DNA of 64,000 bases from Laetmonice hystrix (taxonomy: Eukaryota), in assembly GCA_965235115.1 (NCBI GenBank), contig OZ249436.1:5396001-5460000 (forward strand), given 5' to 3'. The notes below the pieces were generated by a model. The model was not told the origin of the DNA and did not search any database. It saw nothing but the letters and a program-made list of their open reading frames with translations. The stretch's first letter is position 1, and each line of letters begins with the position of its first letter. This document shows positions 47,001 to 56,494 of the stretch, one piece after another. The translations under genes and the position numbers were made by a program.

Positions 47001-49366
47001 CACCTTAATCTTAACCTTAACCACCCACACTACTTCATCCCGTGGATGCTGCCATCCCGGAAATAGATGGCCAAGTGTTTGAGGGTATTGTGCTTGTTCA
47101 ATTGTTTATTAACTACTAAATTAATATCAAACCAGGGCATAGATTTTCCCTTACTTCAGGTATACGGGGTTTAATAACAAAGAACAGGCATTTCTGCATA
47201 CCTCTGGACTGAGCGAATGCCGGAATATACATGTCAGCTTGCATGACCCATGACCCATGATGCTATCACCTTGAAGTTTGCATTCTTTCCAGTTCCTGAC
47301 CTTAGCCAAAACCTTCTGTCTGTTCTCTGGGTGACACCATCCACTCCTTCTCCAATGAATAAAATATCTCATGCAGCTTGCACTGATAAACTACAAAAAA
47401 AAACCTTCCGAGATGAAGAGCTGAAAATCAATCTTAAATCTTAAGTTTTTCTAGACCTGTCATTTCTATTGTAGCTCCAGGAATTGATCAAGATGATTTT
47501 TGGTACAGGCCTAAAGCTTTTCTGTCGGGCTTGGGGCTAAACAAAATAGCCATATGACTCCTTAGGGTCATGGTTAGTTGGCTGATCTGCAAGATCAGTT
47601 TCCTTTGTGTTCTTGACTGTGCACACCCTGAGTTAGCAGCTGTACAGACAGAGGTTTTTTTACTCTCCTCATCAAAGTTTGTGATTCAGTTAATCCGAGG
47701 TAAAGGCAATATACAAAAGACACAATAACATTTATTAAAATACACATGAAGAATCCCAACAAAGATGGTTACATTTTTCCAAAAACAGAAATCTTAATCC
47801 TTAAGGGGGTATCTAAACTCTCTAAGAAAATAATTAACGGTATAACTAATGTATTAATGGCATACTAGAGTACGGTAGTATGTAGTATCAGTATTGTGCT
47901 ATGTGTTCTATCAACCTCTGTACTCCATAACATTATGTATAATTTTCTGAGTGAATAAACAAACAAATGTAAGCAATGGTTTCCCAAATGTTATCTTACT
48001 GCCTCAGTAGGTTAAGATACCGTATTTGACCTAATAAGCATACAGTACGCTTAAAAAAAAAATTCTGTGAAAAATTGTTCTAATAAGCATACATCCCCCC
48101 CCCCCTCACTTACACTTTTACCGGCAGTAAAAAGGATACAAGAGCACTGCAGGGTCTTCTGTTATAGGTGAGTGTAGATCTATGGATCGTAAATATGTGT
48201 TGCTGCCTAGCATTAGCATTAATGGAAAGGACGTTACTATCGGGATTCCCAGAGACTGGTTGAAAAAATGAGGATGTACGCTTATTAGGGCATGTACGCT
48301 TATTAGGTCGAATACGGTACATGTACATTAGATTACTATATCCTCATTCCATGGATGGATCTAACAGGGTTTCATGATTTCATGATGTCTGGACCACCCC
48401 CTCCCATTTTCAAAAGCATTGGCACTATTTTTCCTTTTTGTAAATTCTTTTTTTTTTACTTTTAGTTTTAGCTCCCTGTTGAACTTGACACCCCTTGATT
48501 GACAGCTTTGACCTCATCGACCCCTCCCCTTTTCGTAAACTTCCCCCACTGACTAATTTCTCTAATCAGCTCCTGTATTATTTTATCCCCACCCCACCCC
48601 GCCCCCATCCATTTTCAAAATCCTAGTCCTAGACTGGTTGGAGCTACTGCTACCAGTCAAGTCAGCTGTTTCGTGGCTTAATTTGTGCAACCCCGCCCCT
48701 AAACGCCAAGTCAGGACTGCTGCAAAAATTATAATACATAAAGTGACTTTTGGAAACCACTGTCTATAGGCCTAGACTATGGCATTCTGATTGTCGGTGA
48801 TGCATTATTTTCATCCAAATGTTCGGTATATTTCGTGGCTTTGTGCAACTCCGTCCCTAAACGCCAAGTCAGGGCTGCTTTACGAATAAACTTATAAAGC
48901 GACTTTTGAAAACCACACTATCATATGGCATTCTGATCGATGCATTTTCATCCAAATGTTTGGTATATTTCATTTTGTGGAGGGTAACAGCTTATATAAA
49001 GTGCCCTTCTAATGCTTATCGACTACTGTACACCACAGGAGCCTGACACATTGGGCCAATGAAAGTGTCAATGAGCCAATGAATGTGTCAAACTCCTCTC
49101 CTGTGAGTGTGACTGTGAGTGTGAGTGTGAGGACTGAGGTAGGTACGATACTGTCTCAAAGAACGTAAACAACACTTACGCTCCCATTTTGGGGCCGCTG
49201 CTATCTTTACTTCAGGTTGCTCGTCCATTTTCCCGATAACCGGGGTTGGCCAATCTCCTTTGCCTTCTTTCTGTACCTCGGTGGCTGTTTTTAATTGATC
49301 AGATCCGTCCCCAGAGCCAGTCACTTGTTGGACATCTTTCACATCCACATCTGTAGCAGTCGCCAT
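7682..49366 (-). CDS. RUFY2: RUN and FYVE domain-containing protein (RUFY1/2/3 family, RUFY2-like). Spliced CDS, isoform a: 49366-49180, 39367-39197, 38877-38760, 38149-38048, 37019-36896, 35773-35703, 35444-35373, 35085-34914, 33209-33093, 32641-32474, 18177-18080, 15428-15342, 9929-9800, 9498-9404, 8224-8098, 7822-7682 (1980 nt, 659 aa)
   Basis: Manual exon chaining: every junction is GT..AG, phases match and the frame stays open to TAA at 7684-7682. The translation has RUN motifs ([51 protein letters not shown]), coiled coils ([25 protein letters not shown]) and a canonical FYVE finger (WADD, RRKHHCR, RVC). The paralog-level symbol is nominal. Confidence 0.95.
8098..8224 (-). CDS. RUFY2: RUFY exon 15 ([10 protein letters not shown]...[23 protein letters not shown]), FYVE N-half
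   Basis: tttcag| ... |gtttgt, phase 2-0, WxxD and CxxC motifs. Confidence 0.95.
8332..8805. repeat. 160-bp tandem repeat x3
   Basis: acaagacaatacttggtacaatc... recurs at 8332, 8492 and 8652. Confidence 0.95.
9404..9498 (-). CDS. RUFY2: RUFY exon 14 ([31 protein letters not shown])
   Basis: tttcag| ... |gtaagt, phase 0-2. Confidence 0.92.
9800..9929 (-). CDS. RUFY2: RUFY exon 13 ([18 protein letters not shown]...ELRK)
   Basis: tttcag| ... |gtaagt, phase 2-0, [12 protein letters not shown] motif. Confidence 0.94.
10918..11046. repeat. 44-bp tandem repeat x3
   Basis: cctgcctcctaacatgtcctccagagtctcctgagacttgccaa. Confidence 0.9.
12814..12990. mobile_element. Small TIR element (hAT-like MITE)
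   Basis: Ends cagggccgtaaat / atttccggccctg are inverted; the TSD is not clean. Confidence 0.55.
13426..13701. mobile_element. PIF/Harbinger-like MITE
   Basis: Imperfect TIRs ggtgggtttccatag / ctatggaaacccagcc, inverted internal cacg/cgtg repeats, flanks gaa/taa. Confidence 0.6.
15342..15428 (-). CDS. RUFY2: RUFY exon 12 ([29 protein letters not shown])
   Basis: gatcag| ... |gtaagc, phase 2-2, helical coiled-coil composition. Confidence 0.85.
15736..15861. mobile_element. PIF/Harbinger-type MITE (126 bp)
   Basis: About 45-bp near-perfect TIR (ggcccggttcacaaacaaagccaagtcaattttaatt...), 3-bp TSD CAG on both sides. Confidence 0.85.
16465..17580. repeat. Minisatellite, ~47-55-bp unit, ~21 copies
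   Basis: Core gggccatgggtctgatcagatgggggtagtaccctgtgttgtgacatacgt(aacgt). Confidence 0.95.
18080..18177 (-). CDS. RUFY2: RUFY exon 11 ([33 protein letters not shown])
   Basis: ttgcag| ... |gtaggt, phase 0-2. [13 protein letters not shown] is a conserved RUFY motif. Confidence 0.93.
18806..18967 (+). mobile_element. tRNA-derived SINE-like element, copy 1
   Basis: Pol III A box TGGCCGAGTGG and B box GGTTTGATTCC; homologous to 20319-20479. Confidence 0.7.
19385..19435 (+). repeat. (CAG)17 microsatellite
   Basis: Read directly from the sequence. Confidence 0.97.
19953..20273 (+). CDS. Crz: Neuropeptide precursor first coding exon (exon starts at 19857 with 96 nt of 5'UTR)
   Basis: Upstream branch point CTAAC (~19837) and acceptor ttccag|19857. 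gccATG at 19953; donor GAG|gtcagt at 20274, phase 0. Confidence 0.92.
19953..27949 (+). CDS. Crz: Nested corazonin/invertebrate-GnRH-type neuropeptide precursor. Coding exons 19953-20273, 25508-25591 and probably 27914-27949 (146 aa); the last exon is uncertain.
   Basis: 26-aa hydrophobic signal peptide followed directly by [11 protein letters not shown] (20031-20063) and the GKR amidation/cleavage site (20064-20072). The associated peptide has two Cys across the splice junction ([27 protein letters not shown]), as in mollusc/annelid GnRH/corazonin precursors. Confidence 0.9.
20319..20479 (+). mobile_element. tRNA-derived SINE-like element, copy 2
   Basis: A box TGGCCTAGTGG and B box GGTTCGATTCC; flanked by a ~50-bp direct duplication (20258-20317 / 20494-20542). 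Confidence 0.72.
20765..21537. repeat. Minisatellite, ~51-bp unit, related to the 16465-17580 array
   Basis: Unit gggccatgggtctgatcagatggagatagtaccctgtgtttgaaccgg shares its core with the 16.5-kb array. Confidence 0.95.
24259..25494. repeat. 31-bp (28-bp variant) minisatellite, ~40 copies
   Basis: ccactgcctccaccatgataacgtcactgat. Confidence 0.97.
25508..25591 (+). CDS. Crz: Neuropeptide precursor second coding exon ([28 protein letters not shown])
   Basis: ccacag| ... CTG|gtgagt, phase 0-0. Supplies the E-x-x-R-L-x-x-C motif expected in the associated peptide. Confidence 0.82.
27557..27749. mobile_element. PIF/Harbinger-type MITE
   Basis: TIR tccactaagccgattttccttgcgacg.ccatgcg / cgcatggccgtcgcaagggaaatcggcttagtgga, TTA TSD on both sides. 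A degenerate relative starts at ~31367. Confidence 0.85.
27914..27949 (+). CDS. Crz: Probable terminal coding exon of the neuropeptide precursor ([11 protein letters not shown])
   Basis: Pyrimidine-rich acceptor ttatttccacag|, phase 0, short ORF to TGA, and AATAAA downstream at 29355-29360. There is a competing acceptor at 26004. Confidence 0.5.
   Translation, partial: HRHPHRDEDEI
30362..31357. repeat. 21-bp minisatellite, ~47 copies, two main variants
   Basis: gattgtaatgtcagagataaa / gattgtaatctcacagataaa. Confidence 0.97.
31676..32444. repeat. 32-bp minisatellite, ~24 copies
   Basis: ccaaaggttgtgagcaggtttgtactgtttta. Confidence 0.97.
32474..32641 (-). CDS. RUFY2: RUFY exon 10 ([15 protein letters not shown]...MYNKLQ)
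   Basis: tttcag| ... |gtaagt, phase 0-0. Confidence 0.95.
33093..33209 (-). CDS. RUFY2: RUFY exon 9 ([24 protein letters not shown]...TQMRL)
   Basis: tgtcag| ... |gtaatg, phase 0-0. Confidence 0.92.
34914..35085 (-). CDS. RUFY2: RUFY exon 8 ([13 protein letters not shown]...AHRKQIE), coiled coil
   Basis: ccacag| ... GAG|gtagct (a weak donor, but phase 0 fits exon 9). Confidence 0.88.
35102..35252. repeat. ~41-bp tandem repeat, ~3.7 copies
   Basis: aatggctttacaatatacaaaatgacagtgagaacccttaa. Confidence 0.9.
35373..35444 (-). CDS. RUFY2: RUFY exon 7 ([23 protein letters not shown])
   Basis: tttcag| ... |gtgagt, phase 2-2. Confidence 0.93.
35703..35773 (-). CDS. RUFY2: RUFY exon 6 ([23 protein letters not shown])
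   Basis: gatcag| ... |gtaagc, phase 0-2, GVIDFSLYL motif. Confidence 0.92.
36054..36653. repeat. 34-bp minisatellite, ~17 copies
   Basis: ggacacttggcccaggtatgacatattggactta. Confidence 0.97.
36896..37019 (-). CDS. RUFY2: RUFY exon 5 ([41 protein letters not shown])
   Basis: ccacag| ... |gtgagc, phase 2-0. Confidence 0.95.
37420..38044. repeat. 40-bp minisatellite, ~16 copies
   Basis: agatattctggttgatatgagtactagattatcctagatt. Confidence 0.96.
38048..38149 (-). CDS. RUFY2: RUFY exon 4 ([34 protein letters not shown])
   Basis: ccacag| ... |gtgagt, phase 2-2, RUN core motif. Confidence 0.95.
38294..38465. mobile_element. Small TIR element (hAT-like MITE)
   Basis: Ends cagggtttcctg / caggaaagcctg, C-rich interior, TSD not evident. 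Confidence 0.5.
38483..38643 (+). mobile_element. Short interspersed repeat with (CCCTAA/CCCTAT)-like core, copy A
   Basis: Clearly homologous to the reverse complement of 40167-40334 (cacgaaat.tggt.g.aagtaaagatc ... aaaaacatatccctatcc ... aagtta.catg). Confidence 0.75.
38760..38877 (-). CDS. RUFY2: RUFY exon 3 ([20 protein letters not shown]...REMPNIK)
   Basis: ttgtag| ... |gtaagt, phase 1-2. Not in the ORF track; found by reading the sequence. Confidence 0.93.
39197..39367 (-). CDS. RUFY2: RUFY exon 2 ([12 protein letters not shown]...LRHGIK), start of RUN region
   Basis: Acceptor gcacag|, donor |gtgagt, phase 1-1, conserved RUN motifs. Confidence 0.95.
39351..39975. repeat. 49-bp (45-bp variant) minisatellite, ~13 copies, made of the RUFY exon 2 acceptor junction
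   Basis: cacaatcgggtctcgacctgtgcaacacaaaactgtacatgtcatctca. The first 17 nt of the first unit are coding exon 2. Confidence 0.96.
40167..40334 (-). mobile_element. Short interspersed repeat, copy B (inverted relative to copy A)
   Basis: See 38483-38643. Confidence 0.75.
40718..41019. repeat. ~91-bp tandem repeat, ~3 copies
   Basis: aagaagccttatatggtccgttttctctgacacaacgggctttttccatatactacttc... Confidence 0.9.
42619..43170. repeat. 92-bp tandem repeat x6
   Basis: caagtgaatgtttaacatgtctgggtagtgacaggtcatgtataaaaggctgtg...ctccactttatggtac. Confidence 0.95.
43262..43394 (-). CDS. RUFY2: RUFY alternative first coding exon 1b ([25 protein letters not shown]...)
   Basis: The ETIYLCxFRVSxDGxWLCLREL motif matches the known RUFY3-type N-terminus. 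Kozak context gccATGG, donor G|gtaagt, phase 1. Confidence 0.9.
43896..44038. repeat. Interrupted (CTG)n/(CAG)n trinucleotide tract, ~45 triplets
   Basis: ctg runs with periodic cgg interruptions. Confidence 0.97.
44962..45253. mobile_element. hAT-like MITE
   Basis: Ends cagtggggggtccagg / cctggatcccccagtg, near-identical flanks gttatca / gttatta. Confidence 0.6.
45563..47033. repeat. 163-164-bp satellite x9 with internal (CCTTAA)3
   Basis: Unit starts ccgacactattgtgtccacgtgattcatcc at 45563, 45726, 45890 and onward. Confidence 0.97.
48020..48317. mobile_element. Tc1/mariner-pogo-type MITE
   Basis: TIR ccgtatttgacctaataagc / gcttattaggtcgaatacgg, TA TSD on both sides. Confidence 0.85.
48669..48971. 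repeat. Imperfect two-copy duplication (~160 bp)
   Basis: tttcgtggctt...cctaaacgccaagtcagg...tatggcattctgat...ttttcatccaaatgtt occurs twice. Confidence 0.85.
49180..49366 (-). CDS. RUFY2: RUFY alternative first coding exon 1a ([10 protein letters not shown]...DWPTPVIGK...APKWE)
   Basis: ATG in good context (aagtATGG), strong donor C|gtaagt at 49179, and phase 1 matches the exon 2 acceptor. Confidence 0.8.
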
Positions 49367-50850
49367 ACTTGGAGGTGTGTAACGTGAACGTTATGTCAAG
49401 CGCGCGACTGCAATATGTTGCAGGACTGTACGTTCGAACGTCAGTTTTGGTCTATATTTCACAATAAACTAAGATTATTCTCTTATCTTTTGCAGTTTTT
49501 GATGATGCTATATTTAATCAAACTGAATGACAAATTGAGAGAAAATGATCGCTCTACCTAAACGTAGTAGCCTAAATAAATAGGCCTAGCCACTAACTTA
49601 GAGTCTCAGACTCAGACAGTCTTGATCAGACTCAGACTCAGTGTCAGACAGTCAGAGTCAGACTCAGTCTCTGACAGAAACAGTACTTTTCACAAAATCA
49701 AAAATAGAAGACAAAATGAGATGCGAAGTTTCTCAAAAAAGAGATGTTTTATGGGTGCTGGGTGGGACTGGGACAGTCCAGACTCCGTCTCCAGTGCCAG
49801 TGGGAGTGCACTGCCACTGCCACTGGGTTCACTTGTCTTCAGTTCAGAATTAATTTAAAATCAGGTCCAGGGTGGCAGGTCTAGATCATCAACCCCCCCC
49901 CCCCCCCCCCCTCTTAAATAAAAATAAACCACTTTCCACCTTCTTTCGAATTGAATTTTATTAGTCTACTCCCTCCCCCTGTACTGTAGCAAAATCGGAT
50001 CCTCCACGACCACGTAGTTCCGACGATTAAAACCAGGTGCGACACAAACAGAAGCGCCACCTAGCGTAAACAGTCTAAACTAAGTAGTCGCAAAAGCCAA
50101 TCACAACCTGTTTTCGGTAGTAGCTGTAACCAAGGAAACGTTTATACTTTGAGAGAACACGTTGCCAATCCGGGTAACGTATCGGGATGCGTACCCCCTC
50201 AAAGTTTGGGCTATGTTTAGCCTACCTAGATATATTTTCTTGGGGGGAACTGATAAAGGGTAGGGCGATGTGAAATGAGTCTGTGTTTCAGAACTTCTTA
50301 TAAGAACCCGAACCCACCGACGCCGACGGTCAGCTGTTCAGTCGATCTCGATGCCTTTGCTTTGCCAGCTGGTCACCCGCGCTCCGCCTCCGGTCTCACT
50401 GAGTGAAAGTAAAACTGATTCGGAATCTGAGGCAGATTGGAAACTGGGCCACTGTATACAAATGTTGGCCATTTAAAGGAATCAGGTCGGGGTAGATTTA
50501 GGCATTATAACACTTAACAGCTAAGCTGAATGACGCCCAACAACTAACACTAACAGTAGCCTAACGAGACCGAGGCGAGAGAGCTGCTCGGGCCCCGGCC
50601 GGCCTTCGCCCGTGGACACTCGGCGCTGGTCGATTTACAACTGGTCGTGGCCGTGGGGCAGGGTAGTGACCGAATCACAAGAAGTGAGGGTGGACCTTTG
50701 GTCTCTCTCAGCCAACCGCTCTCTCAATCTGGATATCCTCGGAACGGTCAAACCTCAACCTCGACCTCGCAAGGTACGAATCCGTGTCAATGTCCAGCCT
50801 GTGTCTGGTGGCCTGAGTAACCCGAACACGGTCCAGAATCGTGTGGCAGA
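49367..50850. promoter_or_regulatory. RUFY 5' region / possible bidirectional promoter
   Basis: Lies between the RUFY 1a ATG (-) and a plus-strand candidate exon. Contains CCAAT motifs (~50097, ~50165) and a CTCF-like GCGCCACCTAGCG (50054-50066). Confidence 0.45.
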
Positions 50851-50851
50851 C

Positions 50852-51136
50852 ATGACGGCCATGGCAGCGGTAGTACCCTTGGCCGGGAGCCGGGGCCCAG
50901 GCGCCTGGCCGTCGGTACCGTACCGAGGTACGGGACAGGGGAAGGCGGCTACAACCATACTAGGTGACCAAGGAGATATCGTCACCGTTATTTCGGATGT
51001 TCCGTACACGGTGAGGGGGAGGAGGGGTGTGACCGACTCGGTTACCCCACCTGTCCGTGGGAGTCGACCCATGCATAGGTCCACTCTGACAGTGTGCACC
51101 CAGCCATACACCGACTACACGACAACCACGGACAAG
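50852..51136 (+). CDS. Candidate first coding exon of an unidentified gene divergent from RUFY (MTAMAAVVPLAGSRG...DYTTTTDK)
   Basis: GC/CpG-rich stretch, open frame, strong donor AAG|gtgagc at 51137. No recognisable domain. Confidence 0.4.
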
Positions 51137-52040
51137 GTGAGCAAGTTCTTCGTCTTGAGTAGATTTACCACTCGTTTCAGGGCTGAGTTAAACTTAAACT
51201 TAAAAGGGTGGTCTAATTTGCCCCCTAAATTACATTGCCCCCGACTCCTAAATTGAAAAGACTGGTACTGGTAGCCAGTTGCCTAAAAAAAGGAAGGTTT
51301 GGTCAACACTGAGTTATGTGTCTGCGTTTCCTTTTTTTTTAGTTTTTATTTAACACGTTCTGATGTTTCTATCAAGTTAGCCGCATGTGTCAACTCATTG
51401 GCGGATCGAGTAAGTCTAACTTCATATGAGAACGATTTGACGATTTTTCTCAGTTATTTCCTTTTCATATATAATAGCCTAGGCCTATTATGAGTAGGAG
51501 TAGGTCTATCTATAGGAAGATCATGAATGCCTACAAAGTTGGTTTTATTGAATATTAATATGTCCGCTACAGAGAAATGCGTAGGCCCCTACCAAATAAC
51601 ATTAGTACAGGTGATGCCATCAGCTCTTTGCGTTTACCTTTTAAAACTTCTTGCATGTGAACAGTTTCTTTTGTTCTTAGTCGGAGCTCTTATAAGCCTG
51701 TTGAACCCGGGGCGTGATGAATTCCCTAGGCCCCTATATGGCAACGAGAAGCAAATCGTTATTGATCACAGTACTAATCTCCAGTCAATAGAACAATAAT
51801 TTCTTCACGCTCGAACTTGTGAACATGTACAAACCGGTAGGCCCTATATCTATTTCTGTAGGTGCAGTTCGTATTACTATGTATGGTTGGTAAGTGGATT
51901 ACTGTATAAGGTTGGTGGATATGGATTCATGAATGTCACATGTTATTGTATGGTACCGTATTCTGTGTAAGTACGTAGGCCTATCTAAATGTGTTTGTTT
52001 TATCTCAACATTGTCTTCTCCGATCCACTCGTGGTCACAG

Positions 52041-53733
52041 CCTTGGGAAGTATATCTTAGGTATATCGCATGAAGTGTGCCTTGGGAAGTATATCTTAGG
52101 TATATCGTATGAAGTGTGCCTTGGGAAGTATATCTTAGGTATATCGTATGAAGTCTGCCGTGGGAAGTATGTCTTAGGTATATCGCATGAAGTGTGCCTT
52201 GGGAAGTATGTCTTAGGTATATCGTATGAAGTGTGCCTTGGGAAGTATATCTTAGGTATATCGTATGAAGTGTGCCTTGGGAAGTATATCTTAGGTATAT
52301 CGTATGAAGTGTGTCTTGGGAAGTATATCTTAGGTATATCGTATGAAGTGTGTCGTGGGAAGTATATCTTAGGTATATCGTATAAAGTGTGCCTTGGGAA
52401 GTATATCTTAGGTATATCGTATGAAGTGTGCCTTGGGAAGTATATCTTAGGTATATCGTATGAAGTCTGCCGTGGGAAGTATGTCTTAGGTATATCGCAT
52501 GAAGTGTGCCTTGGGAAGTATATCTTAGGTATATCGTATGAAGTGTGCCTTGGGAAGTATATCTTAGGTATATCGTATGAAGTCTGCCGTGGGAAGTATG
52601 TCTTAGGTATATCGCATGAAGTGTGCCTTGGGAAGTATGTCTTAGGTATATCGTATGAAGTGTGCCTTGGGAAGTATATCTTAGGTATATCGTATGAAGT
52701 GTGCCTTGGGAAGTATATCTTAGGTATATCGTATGAAGTGTGTCTTGGGAAGTATATCTTAGGTATATCGTATGAAGTGTGTCGTGGGAAGTATATCTTA
52801 GGTATATCGTATAAAGTGTGCCTTGGGAAGTATATCTTAGGTATATCGTATGAAGTGTGCCTTGGGAAGTATATCTTAGGTATATCGTATGAAGTCTGCC
52901 GTGGGAAGTATGTCTTAGGTATATCGCATGAAGTGTGCCTTGGGAAGTATATCTTAGGTATATCGTATGAAGTGTGCCTTGGGAAGTATATCTTAGGTAT
53001 ATCGTATGAAGTGTGTCTTGGGAAGTATATCTTAGGTATATCGTATGAAGTGTGCCTTGGGAAGTATAGGTATATTATCGTATGAAGTGTGCCTTGGGAA
53101 GTATATTAGGTACCGGTATATCGCATGAAGTGTGCCTTGGGAAGTACATCTTAGGTATATCGTATGAAGTGTGCATTGGGAAGTATATCTTAGGTATATC
53201 GTATGAAGTGTGCCTTGGGAAGTATATCTTAGGTATATCGTATGAAGTGTGCCTTGGGAAGTATATCTTAGGTATATCGTATAAAGTGTGCCTTGGGAAG
53301 TATACTGTATATCTTAGGTATATCGTATGAAGTGTGCCGTGGGAACTACATCTTAGGTATATCGTATGAAGTGTGCCTTGGGAAGTATATCTTAGGTATA
53401 TCGTATGAAGTCTGCCTTGGGAAGTATATCTTCCTGTATATTGTATGAAGTGTGCATTGGGAAGTATATCTTCCTGTATATCGTATGAAGTGTGCCTTGG
53501 GAAGTATATCTTCCTGTATATTGTATGAAGTCTGCCTTGGGAAGTATATCTTTCTGTATATCGTATGAAGTCTGCCTTGGGAAGTATATCTTCCTGTATA
53601 TTGTATGAAGTGTGCATTGGGAAGTATTATATCTTAGGTATGAAGTGTGCCTTGGGAAGTATACCGGGGGTATCTTAGGCATATCGTATGAAGTGTGCCT
53701 TGGGAAGTATATCTTAGGTATATCGTATGAAGT
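52041..53733. repeat. 39-bp minisatellite, ~43 copies
   Basis: ccttgggaagtatatcttaggtatatcgtatgaagtgtg. Confidence 0.97.
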
Positions 53734-54689
53734 GTCAAAATCCATAGGAATGTCATCGTTACCGGTCAGGTCTGATAGTTCGTGCTTTAGCACCGTTTGT
53801 CCGGTTCTTAATCAATTGATTTATTAATTAATTGTGCCATGAAATGTAGCATCGCTCCCGATCATAGTGAAGATTACCAGTGGATACCTTTGTTTAATAC
53901 AAGTACGTTGTACATCGTATGTTGCCAATGTCCACTGAAGTTCTGCTTGTAAATGGTATCAAGTAGGTACAGAGTAAACTTTGTCTACTCGACTTATCGG
54001 ACACGTCGTCGGGGGTGACCTGTGTTAGAGTGTGACACCTGATAGATAGGCTGTCCAAAATCTACACTGTATTTACAAAGGTTTGGGGCTATCTTCGTGA
54101 ACTGAGCCAGACCTGGCGCTCGTAAACCATAGCCAAGGCCCAGTAAATTGAGTAGATGTATGTAATACCGTCTAGACCAGTGAACAAACAGCCTGGGGAG
54201 AATGTCTCCAGACTCCAAAACAGAAAGTCTGTGGAATGTCTGCGGACCTGCTTTGACATCAATAAAGGTATCGAAATTATAGGCATCGGCCATGTGTCAC
54301 GCAAATTAGACGTAGGCCTACCCACCTCCTGGCGGATCGGGGGGGGGGGGGGGCAAGGGGGTAAGGTTCCCTCCCGCGTCAATTTTTCTCATCTAGCGGC
54401 TTTCTGATCTAACCGTGTTGGACCCAACCGCCATCCTTTGCCAGAGGCCCCACCCCCACCTCACATGGAGCTTTTAAGCCTGAGGACTTGGCTAAAGCCG
54501 ATTAAAGTTTTAATAATCCCATTAGGCCTACTTTGATTGCACAAACTTGTGGTCCAATTTTACGGGTTCGCCTTTATTCTCTATAGTCTAGGCCTATCAG
54601 TGCCACGAATGCTGGTGATTGAAGATGTAAATTCTGTTCTCATTTAAATTGACTTTCTGGTACTTCTGCTAATTGTGTAACGCTCACGT

Positions 54690-55245
54690 GAGAATTATCA
54701 AACCAATGGCAAACCAGAAGTTGGAGTGTTCGGCGTTCATAATTCACCGTGTTGGCTATCCTATATACAATCCGCCAGTTGTCGCTTAGTTCCGAGATAT
54801 AACAGTAGGTGTCGCTGTCGCCCTGTAGAGTGACAAACCAGACGGTCTCACTCGGAACACCGACGCTGCTTCTGATTGGCTGTTTCTAGGTCATATCCGG
54901 AGGCGAAGCAGGCCTCGGATGTATGAAGCGGCCATTTTCCCGTTTTTCGTGCAAAGTAGTGTAAAGCGGTCGCACATGAACACAGAGAGTAAATAGTCGA
55001 CCCCTACGCACAGGCACATAGGCCTAGTTCAAATATAATTTCTCAGCATACCTGTACCTCGAATTTTCTATCGTGGAGACAAAACAGTCTCTTCTTCACC
55101 TGGGAGGAAACCCAGATATTCTGACTTTGTATAAAGTCCGACACCAGGGAGTTCTACATTTTCGGCACGGCGGCAGCGCGCGAGTTTGTTGTTTACATCC
55201 GGGCCAGCGGTCCCGACCTAGCCACCCACCCACCCCACCCCCAGC
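54690..55245. promoter_or_regulatory. Housekeeping-type promoter-like region
   Basis: CpG enrichment, CCAAT (~54703) and ATTGG (~54875) boxes, YY1-type GCGGCCATTTT (~54927). Confidence 0.4.
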
Positions 55246-55292
55246 ATGGCGACCTTCGTCGTACAGCCGAGATATGACGGAGTCAATCGTGG
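55246..55292 (+). CDS. Candidate short first coding exon (MATFVVQPRYDGVNRG...) of an unidentified gene
   Basis: agcATGGCG start and GG|gtgagc donor, downstream of a CpG-rich promoter-like stretch. Confidence 0.4.
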
Positions 55293-56494
55293 GTGAGCCG
55301 AGTGAAACCAGTCTGTCACATGTTGGCGACCTGAGAGAATCTTGAACCAAAAAAGCAAAGTTCGTTTGAATGGTTTTTGGGATGCCCCGACTCTGCCTTG
55401 ATCGTATCATACTGTGAAGGTGAATGGGGATGGAGGAAGCGTTACGGAAATGTTTAATTATAAATTGCGCCTAGGCCTAGATCTACTACTCGGGTCATAG
55501 ATTGTTGCGCGTTGTTGAGACGGGACTTGGAGCCAAACTCCCATCTTTGACAAGGTTGATTCTCTTTTATCCTTTAATGGACGATGACTTAGTGACATAA
55601 TCAGTCAATTTATCGACGTTTGATGGATGGAATCGTCAGTGTAGCAGGCTAAAGCCTGGGGGGGGGGGGGGGGGGGGGTTCAGATGTTGGTCAGAATAGC
55701 GGAACGTAAATGTATGGATGAAGTGAGTAGTAAAAAGTAGAACTTTTCTACGTTATTTTCATTTTTGACAGGGAAGGTAACGTGATTTGTGGACGGCACC
55801 TTCGATAATCTGATACACCCGTAATTGAATGAAATATTGTTAACATAGGCCTATATACCCAGTGAAGAATCTAACTTCACAGTGAGCTCACTGTGACCTC
55901 ACATTAAAGGTATGGAAAGATCACATGGTTAGGTCACAGCAGACTCATTTTGAAGCAAGTAGGTTAACTCACTATAAAGTCACATGGTGAGGTCACCATG
56001 GGAGCTAGCTGTGACCTTTCTATGAGTTTGCAAATCTCACACTGTGAGCTTTCTGTGAGCTTTTTGTGAGTTTGAACTCACCATGTGAACTAGCTGTGAC
56101 CCCTCTGTGAGTTTGCACAACTCACAGAATGAGCTTCCTGTGAGTTGTTTGTGAGTTTGTACTACAAACTCACCAGGTGAGCTAAGTGTGACCTTTCTAT
56201 GAGTTTGCAAATCTCACACTATGAGCTTTCTGTGAGCTTTTTGTGAGTTTGAACTCAATATGTGAGCCAGCTGTGACTTCTCTGTGAGTTTGCACAACTC
56301 ACAGAATGAGCTTCCTGTGAGCTGTTTGTGAGTTTGCAAGGCAAACTCACCAGGTGAGCTAACTATGATATATTTGCGAGTTATATTGTGTATTTTTAGA
56401 TCTTATCAAAAACACAGTTATTATGCTTTAAATGTTTATTACATCATAATTAGTACAAAAAGGTCCATGTCCACACTGGAAGGGAAGAAGATGG

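Noticed and set aside
51991..53085. 364-aa ORF (LGKYILGISYEVC)n
   Set aside because: The 39-bp unit is a multiple of 3 and happens to lack stops in one frame. There is no ATG start and the array degenerates with indels.
3294..53733. Tandem arrays as CRISPR arrays
   Set aside because: Units are head-to-tail with no unique spacers, there are no cas genes and the context is eukaryotic.
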